From Eledone cirrhosa (lineage: Eukaryota), in contig OZ024740.1 of assembly GCA_964016885.1 (NCBI GenBank), positions 382,106,001 to 382,170,000 on the forward strand: a stretch of 64,000 nt of DNA, given 5' to 3'. Shown here in pieces: positions 1 to 13,958 of this stretch (position 1 is the stretch's first letter; each line of letters starts with the position of its first letter). The translations under genes were made by a program, and so were the position numbers. The notes below the pieces were generated by a model. The model searched no databases and was not told the origin of the DNA. It saw only the letters and a program-made list of their open reading frames with translations.

Positions 1-430
1 AATTGTTTTGCTATCGAAATAGAAAACAGTCTTCCCATGATGGTGATATAAGAGTTGATAGAAATAATACAGTAACGTGCAACTTCAAATGTTGTGAGTT
101 GGTTCTTTTTTTTTTCATAATAGATTCAAATCTGTTCGGTGTTTGCTTTGGCTTCGAGGATAAACCATAAAATAAATCTCATTGAACTACCAGTAATATA
201 TTGAGCGACACTGTTTCCATATCGTTTCTTTATCAAAATTGTTTGATCGGCTGACTCCCCTCATTCCCAATATCTCCATATAACGTGCAGGAATAAAAAC
301 AGAAAAAATATATTTTTACTGCCTGAGAACGAACTTCATTGAAATAAACGCTTGAAAGCAAATAATAAACGTGATTACCACTAATGTCACTGAAGTGAAA
401 CAGAAAAGTCAGTTTTCAGCCAACTGATAG

Positions 431-560
431 TCACTAAAGAAAACTACTTTGGCCAATCCTATCAAAGATGTATATGAAGCTAAGGTAAATGTGACCCAAA
501 AGTTCATTCAATATATTTATAGCAAGGTAATAAACTATGCATTTAAAAATATCAAGGATG
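431..560 (+). other. Speculative coding exon of an unidentified host gene
   Basis: Open frame SLKKTTLANPIKDVYEAKV...KNIKD ending at a phase-1 G|GTACG donor. Weak acceptor and no recognisable homology. Confidence 0.2.
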
Positions 561-1404
561 GTACGCTACGGCTTGTATCAAATCCAGCGCACTAATACAT
601 ATACATAAATACATGGTGCTTGTGTGTAGCACTCACATTTGAACACTCACACAGAGACATAATAAAGTGGAGCTTAAGTACACGCACATATAGACATACC
701 CATATAGATGTTTATCTAGTCATTCTATATACATATATCTACTCAGACCTAATTTTGTATACACACATGTATGAATGAGTTTATGTGTATATATTTGAAT
801 ATACGCAAGTATGTATGCCTGTGTATGCGGTTGTATGCATGCATGTGATTTTACATGAGTATAAGAGTGAATGTAAACGTATACATATGTTTGAATGTAA
901 AGTTATATCTATCTATCGTATATACAAACACGCACACTCACAGATACACAGACGTACACACCCATACATTTACACATATTAAACAAGAACAAATGTAATG
1001 ATATGCATCCCCTCGCATACAAATATATACACGACTGATCCTGTACATATACATATTCTCACATATAAAACTTATTTCAAAGTAGTAGTACAACAGTTAA
1101 TACTGAGAGAATATCAACAACAAGAATAATAAAATACAATTTGAAGCAGCAGCTGCAATATAATAACAGCCTAAAACAAAACTCGGAAAGAAAACCCTTC
1201 TTGTAAGCGCTGATCAAGACGAAACGGAAGACTTCAAAGAGGAATTCAAGCACTTTACACACTTAACGGTCATTGTACTTTAAAGTAATGGAAAACAAGT
1301 CATGTTAAAGAAACCATAATGATAGGGAAACAAAAATTAGATCAATAGCATAAGCCAATTCCATCATTGGCACAAGTACCAAGTTGAATACGGATACCCG
1401 AATC

Positions 1405-1505
1405 GTCGTCATCATCATCATCATCATCATAACATTCATTCTCCTCATTCTCATCAACATCAAGATCTTCTTCTTCTTCTTCTTCTTCTTCTTCTTCTTC
1501 TTCTT
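1405..1505. repeat. (ATC)n and (TTC)n microsatellites
   Basis: Directly visible. Confidence 0.95.
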
Positions 1506-1926
1506 GTCAAAGTCATCGTCAGCAACAACATCAAAAATTGACGTAGTGTTTGATTACTCTGTTGTCCGTCTTTTTCTTAAACAAGTTACAGAATCGCGTA
1601 TATTTTGACACTTCACTGGCAACGTAGAGTGAAATATATACAAAATCTTAGTATACGCCAAAGAGAAAAGACGATTCTATCACAATTAACATAGCTACAT
1701 ACGTATATCCACACAGAAGCTCATATATAGATGTTAAAGTCATTATGAGGATTGTAATAGTTGGCGGCAATTATACATCTTCTATATATTAACTGACACC
1801 CGTCGATATTCTACGGTTTACTTCGAAACAACCACTAATATTAGTAAACAATACGGTGAATGTATAATTTATAAGTTATATATATATAATTATAGTAAGA
1901 GAATTAATATTGTTTCTTAATTTCAG

Positions 1927-1971
1927 ATACTGCAGTTAAAGATAAAATGAGACCGGAATTATTTTGTATTA
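1927..1971 (+). other. Speculative 45-nt exon (phase 1-1)
   Basis: Acceptor tgtttcttaatttcag| and donor |gttagt. Reads DTAVKDKMRPELFCI in frame with the 431-560 segment. Confidence 0.25.
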
Positions 1972-2297
1972 GTTAGTTTGGTTTCAATTACCCTACTGAG
2001 ACGTTGGCATCAGTTGGACTATATATATATATAAACGGACAAAATGAAACGACATTTCATTTCCCACTCTTAGTACGGCTGTTACTTAAATATAAGTATG
2101 TACACGTACATACATATATGTATACAGACGTACAGTAGTATGTATATATATATACATACATGCACACATATATATATGTACGTATGGATTCACCGAACAT
2201 CTATTATAATGCTCGGTGTGTTTGTAAACAAACATCCCGTATTAAGCCATAGTGTCCAGCAACCATCGTTGCTCGTTTATTAAACACTGACAAAGGA

Positions 2298-2340
2298 ACG
2301 CTGTACTAGTTTCAAGCTTATTAGCTATCGTCAGCAACGT
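2298..2340 (-). ncRNA. Type I minimal hammerhead ribozyme (family F1)
   Basis: ACGTTG-CTGACGA-T AGCT AATA AGCT T-GAAA-CTAG-TA-CAGCGT: stem I of 6 bp, stem II, palindromic stem III ACTAGT, GUA cleavage triplet. Confidence 0.85.
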
Positions 2341-2776
2341 ATACATTCCTGCCAGATTGTTGAACGTATATAGTTACCTTATGCATATTAACGGCTGAGT
2401 AGCCCAATTTGCATATCGAGTGGGTTAATCGGCCGGGTGCACCGAAAACGATAAACGGAAAAAATGAAACGACATTTCATTTCCCACTCTTAGTACGGCT
2501 GTTACTTAAATATTAGTATGTACACGTACATACATATATGTATACAGCCGTACAGTAGTATGTATATATATATACATATATGCACACATATATATATGTA
2601 CGTATGGATTCACCGAACATTTATTATAATGCCGGTGTGTTTGTAAACAAGCATCCCGTATTAAGCCGTAGTGTCTAGCAACCACCGTTGCTCGTTTGTT
2701 CAACACTGACAAAGGAACGCTGTACTAGTTTCAAGCTTATTACTTTCGGACGTTCAATCATCTGGCAGGAAGGTAT

Positions 2777-2819
2777 ACGTTGCTGACGATAGCTAATAAG
2801 CTTGAAACTAGTACAGCGT
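2777..2819 (+). ncRNA. Type I minimal hammerhead ribozyme (F1)
   Basis: Exact reverse complement of 2298-2340. Confidence 0.85.
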
Positions 2820-2907
2820 TCCTTTGTCAGTGTTGAACAAACGAACAACGGTGGTTGCTAGACACTACGGCTTAATACGGGATGTTTGTTTACAAACACA
2901 CCGGCAT

Positions 2908-3070
2908 TATCGACCCCGTAAGGATGAAAGGCAAAGTCAACCTCGGCGAGATCTGAGTTCAAATCTCGCCGAGGTTGACTTTGCCTTTCATCCTTACCGG
3001 GTCGATAAAATAAAGTACCAGTAATGCACTGGATAATTGCTGGCCTTGTGCCTAAAGTAGAAACAATTAT
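2908..3070 (+). mobile_element. 5'-truncated tRNA-derived SINE with an inverted 5' duplication, inserted in an F1 monomer
   Basis: B-box GAGTTCAAATC and the gcctttcatcctt...gtcgataaaataaagtaccag body. About 45 nt at the 5' end is the reverse complement of the following sequence. Confidence 0.85.
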
Positions 3071-3357
3071 AATAAATGTTCGGTGAATCCATATATATAT
3101 ATATGTGTGCATGTATGTATATATATATACATACTACTGTACGTCTGTATACATATATGTATGCACGTATACATACTTATATTTAAGTAACAGCCGTACT
3201 AAGAGTGGGAAATGAAATATCGTTTCATTTTTTCCGTTTATCGTTTTCGGTGCACCCGGCCGATTAACCCAATCGATATGCAAATTGGGCTACTCAGCCG
3301 TTAATATGCATAAGGAAGTATATACTTTCGGACGTCAATCATCTGGCAGGAAAGTAT

Positions 3358-3399
3358 ACGTGCTGACGATAGCTAATAAGCTTGAAACTAGTACAGAGT
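3358..3399 (+). ncRNA. Hammerhead ribozyme (F1) with weakened stem I
   Basis: Core, stem II and stem III intact; stem I has a 1-nt deletion and a substitution. Confidence 0.7.
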
Positions 3400-3536
3400 T
3401 CCTTTGTAAGTGTTGAAAAAACGAGCAACGGTGGTTGTTAGACACTACGGCTTAATACGGGATGTTTGTTTACAAACACACCGGCATTATAATAAATGTT
3501 CGGTGAAACCATACGTGCATATATATATATGTGTGC

Positions 3537-3609
<73 letters not shown>

Positions 3610-3714
3610 CTACTGTACGTCTGTATACATATATGTATGTACGTATACATACTTATATTTAAGTAACAGCCGTACTAAGAGTGGGCAATGAAATTTCGGT
3701 TCATTTTTTCCGTT

Positions 3715-3852
<138 letters not shown>

Positions 3853-4065
3853 GTAGTTATCAAATGCAACGTACTATGTGAACCACTTTAACAGGAAAAT
3901 TCTAATTTGATATCTTCCTACCTAACTATCTTTCTAAAACAGTTTTGAAAATATGTTCAGTGGTCGTGCAGTAGCGAATTATGAAACCCTACTTACGCTC
4001 TCTCTAACTTTGAATTAAAGATACAAAAATAATTTTTTATCTATGTTCTACTTAACTGTCTATCT

Positions 4066-7000
4066 TCGGAGGGTCGAGTAGTGGTACTAGACCTTGGCAG
4101 TGGTGAAGGCGGAACGTTTAGGCTGGTAGCCGTCTACGACCCTTTCGGGTCAACGCGGCCGGACTTCTTCCATCGTCTGGAGACTTTTCTAGGGACGGCC
4201 CGCTCCTTGCTATTAGTGGGGGACTGGAATGGTATCCTAGATGCACGTTGGGACTACGTAGGGACCTGTCCCGATAGAGAGGAGTGTAACAGCCTCAAAG
4301 GGTTATCGGCCGATTTGACCTGGCCGATAGATATCGACTAGATTTTCCGACTGCGCCAACCTGGACTTGGGCAAACCGCAGCGGATCATCTAGGTCGTAC
4401 CTAGATAGGTTCTTAGTTAGAAATAAGGATAATACTTTTTAAGTTGTCCAGAAATGCTCATGGTTGGCTATTCAGGCCACAAGTTAGTGACCTGCATGGT
4501 CAACCTTGACAGAACGCATAGACAGGGACCCGGTTACTGGAAGCTCAACTTGTCCGTACCGTCAAGTAGAGCTTACAGGGACCGGATTAGCACTTTAGTT
4601 AAGGAGCGGTTGACGGGCGCCATCGTCAACAGCAGGTGGTGGGGATCTCTCAAAAGAGAGATTAGAGTAGTCTCTATAGAATTTAGTAAGAAGTTAGCCT
4701 CAAATAGAAATAGGCAGGAAAGGGAGTTGGTAGATAGTGTAGAAGAGGCAATTAGAAGCGGCGACGTGGCCAGAGTGCTAGCGTCGAGAACGGCCATGGG
4801 CCAGTTCTTCGACGCGAAACACGAAGGCTGCATCGTCAGAAGCAAAATACGTGCTCTGGGAAACGAGGGAACCAAAGGTGTTAGCTGGGCCCGCGTGATA
4901 GAAGCCAAAAGAGGGAGTAGATCCACTATCCGGTCTTTGCGAGATCAGGATGGACGGGTGATTCTTGAACCTAAGCAGATGTGCGAAGCTTTTCAAAAGC
5001 ACTTTGCCAGATTGTTCGGAAGGGGCGGGGAGCCGGATGGGGAAGTGGACTTCGGTCCATACCTCGACGGCCTGGCGCGTCTCTCGGACAAGGAGGCGAA
5101 GTCCTGCGAGGAGCCGATTTCAGCCGCTGAGATAGAGAACGTGCTGAGCCAATGCAGCAAAAGCAAATCCCCAGGTCTCGATGGTCTTCCATACGAAATA
5201 TATCTAGCTATGCCGGACTTGTTCCCCGATCTGCTCGAGGCGGTCTACTGCAACTGGCAACAGAACGGGAGAATTCCCTGTGCTGTGACCAAAGGCGTAG
5301 TGAGGCTAGTGAGGAAGGACGAGAACAAGGGGGATAATATAAGTAATTTCAGGCCCATAACTCTGCTAAATACAGAGTTACAGATTTTGGCCAAGGTGCT
5401 AGCAAAGAAGTTGGCGCTTGTCGTGGGCAACCTGGTGGGAGATGCGCAGACATGTGCTATCCCGTCCAGGTCCATCCACGACAACCTCCACCTCATGCGA
5501 TACATCATAAAGAGGGTTGGGAACAAACCCGGCTTTGGTGGGGCCCTGATCAACTTGAATCAATCTAAGGCGTTCGATAGGGTCGACCATGGTTACCTGA
5601 ATGCGGTGCTAGCGGCGGCAGGCTTCGGACCCGTTTTCAGGGGCTGGATCACTGTCATGCACAGCAGCCGCATCTGCTCTAGAGTCAAGGTGAGCGGCTA
5701 ACTCTCGGAGCCGTTCGAAATAGCGCGGTCCATCCGACAAGAGTGCCCTTCATCCTCCCTTCTGTATGTGATGACTCTAGAGCCACTGACTGCTGCGGAA
5801 GTTGGAGTTGTTGCAGGACATCCCGTTGAACCGGGATTGCGGAAAGCGGTGTCGGTATACGCCGATGACGTAACAGTAATGGTGTCGACGGCCTCGGAAA
5901 TCGGGCGATCAACACATTACTGGAGGAGTACGAAAGATTTACAGGGGCTAAGCTGAACAAGTCGATCGGTTTGCAACTCGGCACGTGGAGGGGCAAATCG
6001 ATGCCCTCCGATGGCGTTGTCGGGTGCTGGACGGAGGGCCCATTGAAGTTGTTCGGGGTCTTGTTCGGACCAGACCTCCAGGAGGAGAAGAACTGAGGTG
6101 AGGTAACGAACAGGGTGTTTCCACTGACCCAGAAGTGGGCCGAGTGCAAACTCTGCCTGGAAGGTCGGGCGGAGGTGGCGAACACTTATATAGCGTCCGT
6201 CATCTATTACCGCCTGACCGTCGTGCCTTGCCCAAGTGAAACGCCCGCCAAAATGGAGCTCGCACTCTTCCAATTCCTTTGGAAGAATGGGGCTCCTATG
6301 GTGAGAAGGTCCATTTGCTGTCAACACCCTTCGAAAGGAGGGCTGGAGATGCCGTGTCTGATGATGCGTAAACACGCATTAAGGCTACGGCACCTCCAGG
6401 TATTCCTTACCGGTCAACCGGTGTGGGCCCCGTTTGTGAGGCGAGTCTTTCCCAGACTCGTCTCGTTCACCGAGCTGCAATCCTGGGTCAAGCAAAGAAC
6501 GAGAAAACTGGGCGCCCGGCACACCGAGTGTGCCCAGGCGCTCACGGTTTTCTGGCAAGCGGACCCGGCTGTCAGTGGAGAATCCACCTCGTCATTCTAT
6601 AGAGGGCTGGTGGTTAGCAGGTGCGACGACGCCCTCGGAGAAGCCCTAGGCATGGAGGAAAACGAACTGGCCACCTGTTCGGTAGGACATTCAGCCCGGG
6701 ACCTATGGATAACTTCCAGAGGTCCCTGGCATGGCAGTGCTACTGTGGGGTTCTGCATGTTCGAGAAAGGCTCTACAGACACGGGGGCCCGGGCGGGACC
6801 CCTCGAAAAAGATCTGTCCCAGATGCGTGTGCGACGAGGAAACCGTTGCACACACATTGGTACACTGCTCGGGCATTGCCGATCTGTGGAGCTATATCCA
6901 ACGACTGCTATCACGGCTGGGACCAATCCGGTTGACCACCGAGTCTATTGTAACGATCAAGCCGCCTCCCCTCTTCAAAAATGAAGGAGAGGCGGTGTTT

Positions 7001-7497
7001 CTGTGCGTAATAGCCATGGTGCAAGAGGTTGTATGGTGGACGCGTCTGAAAGGACTGAGGTCAGGCACCTTTCTCTCTGGCCAACAACTGGTCCGTTTCT
7101 CCCGATATCATTTCGGAAGAAGGATCAGGATGGAGAGAGAGGTGCTGCACCCCAGCCGTTTTTATGAAAGATGCGTGAAATTGGCGAGAATGGCCCGTGT
7201 GAATGGGCCTTCACTCTACATCAGACTGTAGGTGAGAAAGATGAAAGATCAATGGAGCACCATCTCTCTGTGTTCCTGAGGAGAAGGGTTGCACACTTTT
7301 TCGGGGGTGTGTGCGAACCCCCAAGGCGCCTCCTCCCTATTGAGGATTTTGTTATTCAATTTATTTTTGTTATATTTTATATTTTTATATTTTTATATTT
7401 TGTTATTGCCACCTCCTTATTGAGGACGCCTTTTTAAGTAAACTCCCCCCATTGTACTTGTTCCACTCTGACGCCCTGGTGGCAAATAAAAAGAAAG
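4066..7497 (+). mobile_element. 5'-truncated Tx1/L1-clade LINE with frameshifted ORF2 (APE, RT, C-terminal Cys motif)
   Basis: [50 protein letters not shown]...C. AATAAA 3' end followed by tatctatc. Confidence 0.93.
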
Positions 7498-7751
7498 TTA
7501 TCTATCAATTACCAATCTGTATATCCTTTTTATCCGTCTTGTTATGTCTACTCATTTGTTTGCTTGACTGTCTCTACCTGTCTGATTATCACTCTAGTTA
7601 TTTTTATGTTCGCTCTTGCGACAATAACAATAGACGAAGAATAACAACAACGCTCAAATCCCATAAAAACTCTCCAAATAGATAGATACACAGAGAGATA
7701 TTTAGATAGATAGAGATAGATATAGACATATAGATAAATACAGAGAGATAA

Positions 7752-7782
<31 letters not shown>

Positions 7783-8019
7783 TATTTCTTTATTAGCCAC
7801 AGGGGCACAAAAGAAGGGGACAAATACAAAGGGGGAAGTTTACATATAATAAAAACGTGTAAAATGTTATCACAGATGGAATTTAAAAGTTAGTCGATTT
7901 TCCCCAATAGAGGGAGACAGTTTATATGGGTAACACATACCCCCGAAAAAAAATGTGCAACCCTCATCTCCAGGAGTACGAAGAGCTTGTACTCCTTTCT
8001 TCTCCTCCTTTTCCTCAAC

Positions 8020-11000
8020 CTACAGGCTGATATAGAGAGAAGGCCCATTCACTCGGGCCATTCTCGCCACTTTCACCCACCTTTCATAAAACTTGCTGGG
8101 GTACAGCACCTCTCTCTCCATCCTGATTCTTCTTCCAAAGTGGTATTTGAAAAAAAGAATCAGTTGTTGGCCGGAGAGAAAGGTGTCTGACCTCAGCCCT
8201 TTCAACCTTGTCCACCATACAACCTCTTTCGCCATAGCTATCACACAAAGGAAAACCGCCTCTCCTTCGTTTTTGAAGGAGGGTGGCGGTTTGATCATGA
8301 CAATGGACTCGGTGGTCAACTGGATTGGTCCCACCCGCGACAATAGTCGTTCTACATAGCCCCACAGGTCAGTGACGCCCGGGCAGTGTATGAATGCGTG
8401 CGCGACGGTTTCTTCGTCTCGCACGCACCTCGGACAGATCTTTTTTGCAGGGTCCCTGCCCGGGCGCCCATGTCTGTAGAGCTTGTCTCGAACTGGTAGA
8501 GCTCCTCGGTAGCACTGCCAGGCCAGGGACTTTTGGAAGTTGTCCATCGGTCCCGGGCGGAAGGTCCTACCGAACAGACTGGCCAGTTCATCTTCCTCTA
8601 CGCCTAGAGTTTCACCGAGCGCGTCGTCGCATTTGCTGCGGATCAACCCTCTATAGAATGACGAAGTGGAGTCTCCACTGATCGCCGGGTCCGCCTGCCA
8701 GAGGGCTGTGAGCGCCTGAGCACATTCGATGTGCCAGTCGCCCATTTTCCTCGGTCTCTGCTTGAGCCAGGACTGCAGCTCGGTCAGCGAGACGAGTTGT
8801 GGGAAGGCTCGCCTCACGAACGGGGCCCACACCGGTTGTCCGGTGAGGAATACGTAGAGATGCCGCAGCCTGAGCGCGTGTTTGCGCATCGTCAACCACG
8901 GCATCCCCAGCCCTCCGTTAGAAGGGTGTTGGCAGCAGATGGATCTTCTCACCAAAGGAGTCCGCCTCTTCCAAAGGAATCGGAAGAGCGCGCGTCCATT
9001 TTGGCGAGCGTTTTGGCTGGATAAGGCACGACGGTCAAGCGGTAGTAGATGGCGGACGCTATAAAAGTGTTCGCCACCTCCGCTCGACCTTTCAAGGATA
9101 GTTTGCACTCGGCCCACTTCTGGGTGAGTGCAAACACCTTGGCCGTCACTTCGTTCCAGTTCTTCTCCACCTGGAGGTCCGGACCAAACCAGACCCCGAG
9201 CAGCTTTACCGGTCCTTCCGTCCAGCGTCCGATGACGCCATCGGAAGGTATCGGTCTGCCTCTCCACGATCCGAGTTGCAAACCGATGGACTTGTCCCGG
9301 TTCAGCTTCGCTCCTGTGAGACTTTCGTATTCCTTTAGTAAGGTGCCGACTTCCTCGATTTGCGAGGCGCTCGACACCACTACTGTCACGTCGTCGGCGT
9401 AGGCCGACGCCGCTTTCCGCAGTCCCGGTTCCAGAGGGATGCCCTGCAAAAGCTCCAGCTTCCGCAGTAGTGGCTCGAGAGTCAGTACGTACAGAAGGGA
9501 GGAGAGAGGGCATCCCTGTCGAATGGATCGCGTAATATGGAACGGCTCCGAGAGGTAGCCGTTCACCTTGACCCTTGAGCAGATGTTGCTGTTGTGCATT
9601 GCAGCAATCCAGCCCCTGAACACGTGTCCGAAGGCTGCCGCCTCGAGCACCGCATCCAGGTAACGATGGTCAACCCTATCGAAAGCCTTAGACTGATCCA
9701 AGTTGATCAGGGCCCCACCGGGTTTACACCCTGCCCTCTCTATGATGTATTGCATGGGGTGGAGGTTGTCGTGTATGGACCTGGTCGGGATTGCGCATGT
9801 CTGCGCTTCTCCCACAAGGTTCTCGACGACAAGCGTCAGCCTCTTTGCCAACGCCTTGGCCAAAATCTGTAACTCTGTGTTTAGCAGAGTTATGGGTCGG
9901 AAGTTGCCTATGTCATCCCCCTTATTCTCGTCCTTCCTGATTAGTGTGACCACGCCCCCGGTTACAGAACGGGAATTCTCCCGTTGCAGTAGACTGCTTC
10001 CAGGAGACCGGAGAATAAGTCCGGCATTGCTACGTGAAATTCGTAGGGTAGACCGTCGAGACCTGGAGATTTGCGTTTGCCGCATTGGCTGAGCGCGTCC
10101 CCTATCTCAGCGGCTGAAATCGGCTTTTCGCAGAACTTTGCCTCGCTGTCCGAGCGTCGCGGTAGGCCGTTGAGGTATGGACCGAAATCCATAGGGCCTC
10201 CCGGCGCGCTGCCCCTCCCGAAGAGTTGAGCAAAGTGCCGCTGAAATGCTGCACACATCTGCTTCGGCTCACGTATCACGCGTCCGTTTTGGTCCTTCAA
10301 AGACCGAATCGTGGACTTGTTGCCACTTTTTGCCTCCGTCACTCGGGCCCAGCTAACAGCTTTGGCTCCCTCGTTTCCCAGAGCACGTATATTGCTTCTG
10401 ACAACGCAGCCCTCCTGCTTTGCATAGAAGAACTGGTCCAAGGCCGTTCTCGTTGCTAGCACGCTGGCTACGTTGCCACTTCTAATTGCCTCTTCTACTT
10501 TATCTACCAGTTCCTTCTCGGTTCTATTTCTATCTAACGCTAATTATTTACTAAAAACTATCGAGTCTAATCTAACTGCCCTATTGAGAGAGTACCACCA
10601 TATGTTGTTGGTAATGGCCCCTGTCAAGTGCTGTTTAACTAAAGTGCTAATCCGTCTACTGCACGCTTTGCTTGTCGGTAACGACAAGTTCAGCTTCCAG
10701 TAGCCGGGTCCTTGTCTATGGGTTCTATCAAGGTTGGCCATGCAGGTCACTAGTTTGTGATCTGAATAGGCAACCATGAACATTTGTGGACAGCTAAACA
10801 TGTCCCTATCCTTATTTCTAACTAGAACTCTATCTAGGTACGATCTAGATGTTCCGCTACGATTACTCCACGTCCACAGTGGCGCAGTCGGAAAATCTAG
10901 TCAATATCTATCGGCCAGGTCAAATCGGTCGAATAACTGTTTGAGGCTGTTACACCCCCCTTTATCGGGACAAGCTCCCACATAGTCCCAACGTGCATCT

Positions 11001-11437
11001 AGGATTCCATTCCAGTCCCCCACTAAAAGCAAGCAGCGGAACGTTCCCAGAAAAGTCTCTAGACGTTTGAAGTAGTCTGGCCGCGGTGTCCCGGATGGGA
11101 CATATGCGGCCACCAGTCTGAAGGCTCCACCTTCACTACCGTCAACGTCTAGGACCACCAGTCGACCCTCCGGGTCCAGATGTACCGTCTGTGTTACGAG
11201 GCCCAGGTGTTTCCGCAGCAAAACGGCAACTCCGCCCCCACCCCCCGGTTGACAGAAAGATGCGTAGATCTCAAAGTCATCGAAGATGGTGGCCAGCTGT
11301 CGCTCTCTGTGGATCCTGGACTCGCAAATGGCTACCACATCCATACTGTGCGACCTGAGGTCGCTTAAGAGTTTGCCCTGTTTCCAGGGCATCCCCAGGC
11401 CGCGTACGTTCACACATCCAACTCTTATATTGGCCAT
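8020..11437 (-). pseudogene. Tx1 ORF2 (endonuclease-reverse transcriptase), frameshifted
   Basis: Colinear pieces 10901-11437, 10544-10801, 9962-10462, 8949-10085 and 8020-9513. Confidence 0.9.
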
Positions 11438-12233
11438 GTTGGTGCTGAAAAGTTAAAAGAGGAAAAGAGATCACTCACCCTTCGTCTCCTGGGGACCAGG
11501 CCGCACGATTTCCATGGGGGTGTTGGAGGGGTTGTCTGGAGGGGTTGTCTGGATGGGTGGTGGTTTCCGGCGGGGTGGGGACGGAGATGTTTGGTGGGGT
11601 GGGGTCTGGTGGGATGGGGGTGTCTGGGGGTGTCTGGGGTGGGGAGACATTTGAGAAGGACGCGGTTAAGTGGTTTCACGCAGGAATTCCCCACATCCTT
11701 CTCAAATGTTTCTTTTAGGGAACTATAAATTTGTATAGAGACCCTAATCAGTTTTAGGTTCAGTTTTTTGTTATTTTTAATAGAGTGGGCGAAAGTTTTC
11801 CCTTCGGTGAAAACCGAAGGGTCGTTCGTGATGGTTTCCGATAGTGTTTTGTTTTCAGTGTTTATGTAAGTGTAAGTGTAATTTTCTTGTGTTGTGTTTG
11901 TTTTTGTCTGTAGTTCTTGTGTGTGCTTTCGTTTTGTTGTAGGTATTTTGTTTTCAGGAGGTGGGGGTTTTGTTTCTGATGTTTTTGTTCTTTGTGTTGG
12001 TGGTTGTATGTTTGTGGTAGTGTTTGCTGGTTTTTTGCTTTTGTGATGTCTTTTCTTTCTTTTCGAGCCATGGGGTTCTCCCTCGTTTTCACTGGGTGAT
12101 GGCGAGATAGCCTCATGTGTTGTATCATCTGTGTAATTGGGGAGGGGTATATCTTGGGGAGTTGTTGTGTCTGTATGTGATTTTGCAGTGGTTTTAGGTG
12201 GAGTGGGGTTGGGTGGGACTGCGTTTGTTGTGG

Positions 12234-12770
12234 TTATTTTTGTGTGTTGGTGTTGTTGTTGTTGTGGTGGTGTTGGTTGTTGTGTTGTTTTGATGGGTGT
12301 CGGCAGAAGAGCCTTTTTTTATTCATTAATTTAGGACAGGAAGCCCTCAGGTGACCCCTGCTAAAGCAATGGAAACATGAAGGCCGCCTACCCTCAACCG
12401 AAAAGTTTATGTAGGTGAGTCCGTCCAGGAGTACACGTTGTGGGATCATAGCTATTCGCTCTGGGCTCATTTGTACCAGAACTTCAATGCTAGTCCCATT
12501 GAATACATCTCTGGGGGACTTTCCTACTGACAGTATTCTGTCTTCATCAAAATTGATGAAGCCGCACAGTATCCACCATATGTTCACCTTTGGTGTGACA
12601 CTCGTGATTTTGATCTTTTGTGTCCATTTTCCCATGTATGTAGGGAAAAAGGTGTACAGGTTGGATACAATTGGCGACACAGAGTAATTTTGGGCCGTCA
12701 ATTGATCCTTCATGAGTACCGAAATACTCCCAAAAAGTTTGCTTCTTTGAATGAATGCAATATCATTCAT
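12234..12770 (-). pseudogene. Tx1 ORF1 (gag-like) fragment with CCHC zinc knuckle
   Basis: CFHCFSRGHLRASC (CX2CX4HX4C) upstream of ORF2. Confidence 0.85.
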
Positions 12771-13625
12771 TGAATTTTTGAAAACCAGTCAATTTCTTTC
12801 TGTGATAATTGGACTGGTTTTCGGGTAGAATTGGAAACTGTCCTAAAAACTATCGTTTTGAGAGCAGTTTCCTTGCGAATTTCTACCGGAGAATTGATGC
12901 TGAAAGCACCATTTTTTTCGAAAGTGACATATCTCCTAGCGTCCTTTAAAAGTTGTTCGGCATTTCTTATGTCGAGATATGTCAGTTCCTCCTTTTTCTG
13001 AACTGTCTGTGCAAAGGATATTTTTGGTTCCTTTGTGGAATTATTCGTGTTGGTGGTGTTGTCATTATTGTTGTTATTCTTGTTGTTATTCTTGTTGTCA
13101 CCGATGTTGATATTATTCGTATTTTCCTTGGTGTTGTTGTTGTCTTTGATGCTGGTGTTATTGGTGTTGTCTTTATTTTTTCTTTGTTGTTGTTATCATT
13201 GTTGATTTTATCATCATTATTGGTGTTGCTGTTATTTTTGTTGTCTTTGAACTGTTTGGTGTCATTTGTGTTGTTTGGATATGAATTTGTTTTTACATTT
13301 TCATTTCGTCTTTCCATCTCTATAGTATCTAGGGAAGAAGACAATGTTGACTGCGAGCTTTGTAGTTTCACCGACTCTCCACCACCATTATCGTTGGACA
13401 CAGCTTTCATAACGTAATCAAACTTTTAAAATATTTTTTCCAAAATTCGATGGAGAAAAATTTTTTCAAACGAATATTTCGCCCCTGTAGGGGCGAAAAT
13501 GAGTTGACCCACCAGCTGAAGGTCCAGACGGGGAGTCAAGTTACACAATAATATAAAATTTAACTGAAACTCACGTTTTTTACTTACATAAATTAACGGA
13601 AACTTCGCGAAGTTACACACGTCTA

Positions 13626-13626
<1 letters not shown>

Positions 13627-13667
<41 letters not shown>

Positions 13668-13668
13668 G

Positions 13669-13728
<60 letters not shown>
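13627..13728. repeat. (GATA)n microsatellite
   Basis: Directly visible. Confidence 0.97.
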
Positions 13729-13729
<1 letters not shown>

Positions 13730-13958
13730 GCTAAGCAAAGCCATTGCAATTTACAGGGTCTATGTTTGATAATCTTTAAACATATTTTAATTGATTTAGA
13801 TGTATTTAAAATGAAATACAACGATTGACTGGGTAACAAGATAGATGTCAAGAAAAATAATTGGATTTATTTTACTATTAACCTCGAAATCCCGTCAAAT
13901 TTGCCATGTGTTGTGCTAGTATATGCATATATATTTACACAAACATTATATATATATA

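Larger units (their letters stand above)
7785..13626 (-). mobile_element. Near full-length Tx1-like LINE (ORF1 and ORF2 both disrupted) in a (GATA)n tract
   Basis: ORF2 starts MANIRVGCVNVRGL at 11437 and carries APE, RT (YADD) and CPRC motifs. ORF1 has a zinc knuckle. GATA repeats on both flanks. Confidence 0.93.

Noticed and set aside
4573-10703. Antisense and alternative-frame ORFs over the Tx1 elements
   Set aside because: Shadow ORFs of GC-rich LINE coding sequence with no motifs of their own.
13470-13545. HDV-like ribozyme in the Tx1 5' UTR (minus: TTGACTC..ACC TTCAGCT GGT GGGTCAA, then a hairpin)
   Set aside because: P1/P3-like pairing is present, but there is no P2 partner, no P1.1 GG and no G at +1.
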